From a virus, in the IMG/VR virus record IMGVR_UViG_3300047299_000067, positions 32,001-96,000 of that record: a DNA stretch of 64,000 nucleotides; one strand, written 5' to 3'. The notes under the pieces were generated by a model. It made no database searches. It was not told the origin of the DNA and saw only the letters and a list, made by a program, of their open reading frames with translations. The translations under genes were made by a program, and so were the position numbers. Below, one piece after another: positions 61,237-64,000 of this stretch (position 1 is the first letter of the stretch; the number at the start of each line of letters is the position of its first letter).

Positions 61237-63365
61237 TTTTTGTTCTTAAAAGTATTAATACGACGCTCTTGCTTCTTGACCCATTCTTTACTAGGTTTCC
61301 CTTCGCCTTTAAAATAAACCAACGGTCTGCCTTCTTTTTTACTTACTATTGCCCATCGCTTGTGTATCTTACGTAAGTATTCGAACAAGTCCGTTGCTTT
61401 ATATGCTTCGCTAACCGGTTGGTCGATATCTTTTAATTTTAACCCCATGCGTTTAAGCAATGGTAAAAGTTTATGTTCTTCTTCTTCGCTACCAAATGCT
61501 AAAATAGTTTCAGGAGCACCTTGACCAAATATTGCAGGATCAGCGTCATCTAAGTCACTAATAACTTGTCCTAACTTATACCAGTCGTAAGTGTCGCTTA
61601 CTTTAACTAACGTTGTTCCTTGCGGAAACGGGATTAGATTTTTACTTTTGGTTACATTTTCTATACCCGAATGCTCGTCTTCTTTAATACGATTAGTAAA
61701 CGGAGTAATTTTATTTTTTTCTGCCCATCGAACATAAGAAGCAATGCTGTCGAATTCTTTTGTTTTTACATTTGCTTTATTATCACCGTCTTGCTTGCTA
61801 AAGTAATCACGCATTTGCGATAATTTAGTTTTATCTTTGGCGTTTTTGTCTCCCGCAAAATAATCTCGCATTGTAGCTAAACTTGCTTCTGTTATATTTA
61901 CTGTAGGTAAGTTTAGTTCAAAACGCAATCTAATCATAGTTCTAAACTCATTGTATTCTGTAGCCGTTGAAAAAGTAAACGTATGAGTAAGTGTAATATT
62001 ACTAAAACGTTTTGGCGGATAATTTACTTCTCCTTCGGGTCCTGTAAATAAGAAACCAGTATTATCTTGACTTATAAATTTTAAATATTGCGGTTTTTTG
62101 TCGAACAGTTGTAATTGATCATTTACCAACATTAGCGGAACTGCTATATAGCTTTTACCTTTAATCGGCGCTGGATTAGATTCTATAATTGATTTAAAGT
62201 AATCAACTGTTTGCTCTGTATTAGACTCTGTTAAATTTCCTTTAATAAAAAATTGTTCGAAAAAAGAAATCTTGTCATCAACAGACATACTATTAGGCAA
62301 ATCAGACCAGTATGGTCTTGATTCGTCTACACTTTGCTTGGGTTCGTATACTGTAGGATAACCTGTCTTGCGATTATACACGCCAACTGTTTCACCTTGG
62401 CTGTTTCTAGCAATTACGCTGTCAACAGCACCGCCACCTTCTTTACGATTGGAAAACTTTACATCGGCACCGTGATCCCGGCGAACTTGGTTAGCCCACC
62501 CTCTTACACTAACACCAGTGGAGCCTTCCGCTACACTTTGCTTTTTATAACCTGCACGATATTGGTTGTGATCATAGTTTGCTTCACTACTGGCTTTGGG
62601 ATCAAAAGGATATGGATTGTCGTATGGCTTTCCTTGTGCCGCAATACCTTGTTGATATGCTGTAGGTGGTTTGTGCTGTGGTGAGTTTTTCTGCGGATTG
62701 CGAATGTGGTGAGGAGCCTGTGCTATTACAATAGGAGCGCCTTCCGCTACACCTTGTTCTTTAACTTTCTGTCCACGCTTGACAGGTAATGGATAAGCTG
62801 TACATGCTTCTTTAACTGTATCAAAGTATGTTTTACCTTCTACACGGATCTTTGGATCGGTCCCGCTTGCTTGATAAAATGCAACTTTATCATCAGCACG
62901 GGCAGCATCACGTAGTGCTGTGGCACTACTTACTCGAGGGCTGGGCACATGAACGATTTGTGCAAATTTGTAATATCCGTGTCGGCCTTCGACTCCGTTG
63001 TATTGATTTAATAACTTGCCGGACCATGCCCAGTCTGTTTCGTCTGTGATATAAGCAATAGTAGCATCTTCTTTGTTGCCCAAATCTTTATAAATTCTCG
63101 CTGCTAGCGTAACTACGCTTTGTTCTGGTGCAATATGTCCAGCAATAGCAGGATAAATCGCTTGCATCCACGCAGACTTTTGTTCAAAAGAAAGCGGATC
63201 GTTCGGGCCTATGGTGCTAGGATTGGTTCCGATATACCATTTAACGCCAGCGTTTTGTACTGTTTGCCAAACTGCAATGTGACCTTGGTGTGCAGGATTA
63301 AATCGCCCGAAAGCAAACGCTGCGGTTACACCTGCTGCTTCTTTTAATATATGTCTTATCTTCAT
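61233..63365 (-). CDS. HIGH-motif nucleotidyltransferase fused to repeat-delimited modules
   Basis: FGRFNPAHQGH, NDPLSF..K, SATALR; then EQGVAEG, KQSVAEG, KQSVDE; ATGA overlap gives start 63365 (MKIRHILKE). Confidence 0.8.
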   Translation of the reverse strand: MKIRHILKEAAGVTAAFAFGRFNPAHQGHIAVWQTVQNAGVKWYIGTNPSTIGPNDPLSFEQKSAWMQAIYPAIAGHIAPEQSVVTLAARIYKDLGNKEDATIAYITDETDWAWSGKLLNQYNGVEGRHGYYKFAQIVHVPSPRVSSATALRDAARADDKVAFYQASGTDPKIRVEGKTYFDTVKEACTAYPLPVKRGQKVKEQGVAEGAPIVIAQAPHHIRNPQKNSPQHKPPTAYQQGIAAQGKPYDNPYPFDPKASSEANYDHNQYRAGYKKQSVAEGSTGVSVRGWANQVRRDHGADVKFSNRKEGGGAVDSVIARNSQGETVGVYNRKTGYPTVYEPKQSVDESRPYWSDLPNSMSVDDKISFFEQFFIKGNLTESNTEQTVDYFKSIIESNPAPIKGKSYIAVPLMLVNDQLQLFDKKPQYLKFISQDNTGFLFTGPEGEVNYPPKRFSNITLTHTFTFSTATEYNEFRTMIRLRFELNLPTVNITEASLATMRDYFAGDKNAKDKTKLSQMRDYFSKQDGDNKANVKTKEFDSIASYVRWAEKNKITPFTNRIKEDEHSGIENVTKSKNLIPFPQGTTLVKVSDTYDWYKLGQVISDLDDADPAIFGQGAPETILAFGSEEEEHKLLPLLKRMGLKLKDIDQPVSEAYKATDLFEYLRKIHKRWAIVSKKEGRPLVYFKGEGKPSKEWVKKQERRINTFKNKK

Positions 63366-64000
63366 TGTGGTGTCCAACGCTTTCTCGGCACAAACTTCAC
63401 GTTGCCGAATTGTTTATTTTGATCCGCATAACGTACACGACCTTCACCGTGTGTATCCCAAATTTCTGCTCGAGGTCCCGACTCGATTTGGTCAATTACG
63501 TTATCTTTTAGCAACTGAATTGCTCTTACTATTTTAAATATTTCTTCTAAAATATTATTAGTATTTAACTGTTTTATTTTCTCTTGTTTGCCTGCGCTTA
63601 CCTTTGTCGCTGCCCATGTAAAAAAATGTTCTGTACTTAAACTGTCCAATTGTTTGGCTTTTGCAGATTGATTAACATAAGTGTAAATGATTTGTTTTAA
63701 ATCGCTTATACCTGCGCCGCCTGCTAAAAATGCATCTATTTTAGTACCATACTTTTTAATATGACTCTCGACTTGGTCGATCATAGTAGTATCTACACTA
63801 ACCGGTGCAACGTTATAAATCGGACCTAATACAATTAGTTTAGGGTTTGTATTAAATTGACTAAAATCTTTAATAGGAATTTGTTCGCTATCAGACTGCC
63901 CGTGTGCCGTAAAATATGCGTGACCCACTACCATAACTTCTGCTTGTGCAATACGCTTACCTAATTCACTGTCTGCACGAACATGATAGCATGTTTGACT
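63362..64000 (-). CDS. DUF6267-like protein, 3' part (open to window end)
   Basis: Frame open to 64000 (..YHVRADSELGKRIAQA..); C-terminal GEG...VKFVPR. Confidence 0.55.
   Translation of the reverse strand, partial: SQTCYHVRADSELGKRIAQAEVMVVGHAYFTAHGQSDSEQIPIKDFSQFNTNPKLIVLGPIYNVAPVSVDTTMIDQVESHIKKYGTKIDAFLAGGAGISDLKQIIYTYVNQSAKAKQLDSLSTEHFFTWAATKVSAGKQEKIKQLNTNNILEEIFKIVRAIQLLKDNVIDQIESGPRAEIWDTHGEGRVRYADQNKQFGNVKFVPRKRWTPQ

Larger units (their letters stand above)
52540..62756 (-). repeat. dispersed in-frame 16-nt direct repeat CAAGGTGTGGCGGAAG (Q-G-V-A-E)
   Basis: Copies at 52540-52555, 53311-53326, 53527-53542, 53737-53752, 55869-55884, 62321-62336, 62525-62540, 62741-62756; degenerate copy at 55233-55248. 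Confidence 0.85.

Noticed and set aside
52540-62756. QGVAE repeats as a CRISPR array
   Set aside because: Repeats are 16 nt, in frame inside ORFs, 200+ nt apart and dispersed; no cas genes or palindromic repeat
1-64000. Alternative genetic code (stop reassignment) as in some large phages
   Set aside because: Code 11 gives full-length polB, metK, thyA and folE with dense gene packing

Overview
This window looks like a 64-kb piece of a large, AT-rich, T4-related (jumbo-type) myophage genome read in standard code 11. No tRNA, rRNA, CRISPR array or IS element was seen. It has four blocks. (1) 1-17.0 kb, + strand: a late-promoter operon with a carbamoyltransferase end, three paralogous GT-A-like proteins, a methyltransferase, nine radical-SAM enzymes, two QueC-like PP-loop ATPases and an SDR. 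(2) 17-32 kb, - strand: thyA, a MoxR AAA / vWA-peptidase pair, RNase H and many tiny early genes behind near-consensus sigma70 promoters that share an extended TTGRCACAAA -35 box. One small gene missing from the ORF track is ArfA-like. (3) 32-52 kb, - strand: metK and a 7-deazaguanine pathway (folE, queD-like, queE, TGT/DpdA-like) interleaved with sugar-redox enzymes and a GT-B glycosyltransferase, next to the sliding clamp, family B DNA polymerase, DsbA-like protein and Dps. (4) 52-64 kb, - strand: putative capsid-packaged proteins that start with a T4 capsid-targeting-like signal. Several are polyproteins of 56-72 aa modules separated by an in-frame 16-nt repeat (CAAGGTGTGGCGGAAG = Q-G-V-A-E) resembling a prohead-protease site. 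The best candidate for an undescribed system is this repeat-delimited, shuffled cassette array of injected mini-effectors. Next best are a possibly glycosylated 7-deazaguanine DNA modification and the radical-SAM operon. All functional calls are motif-based by eye; no searches were run.
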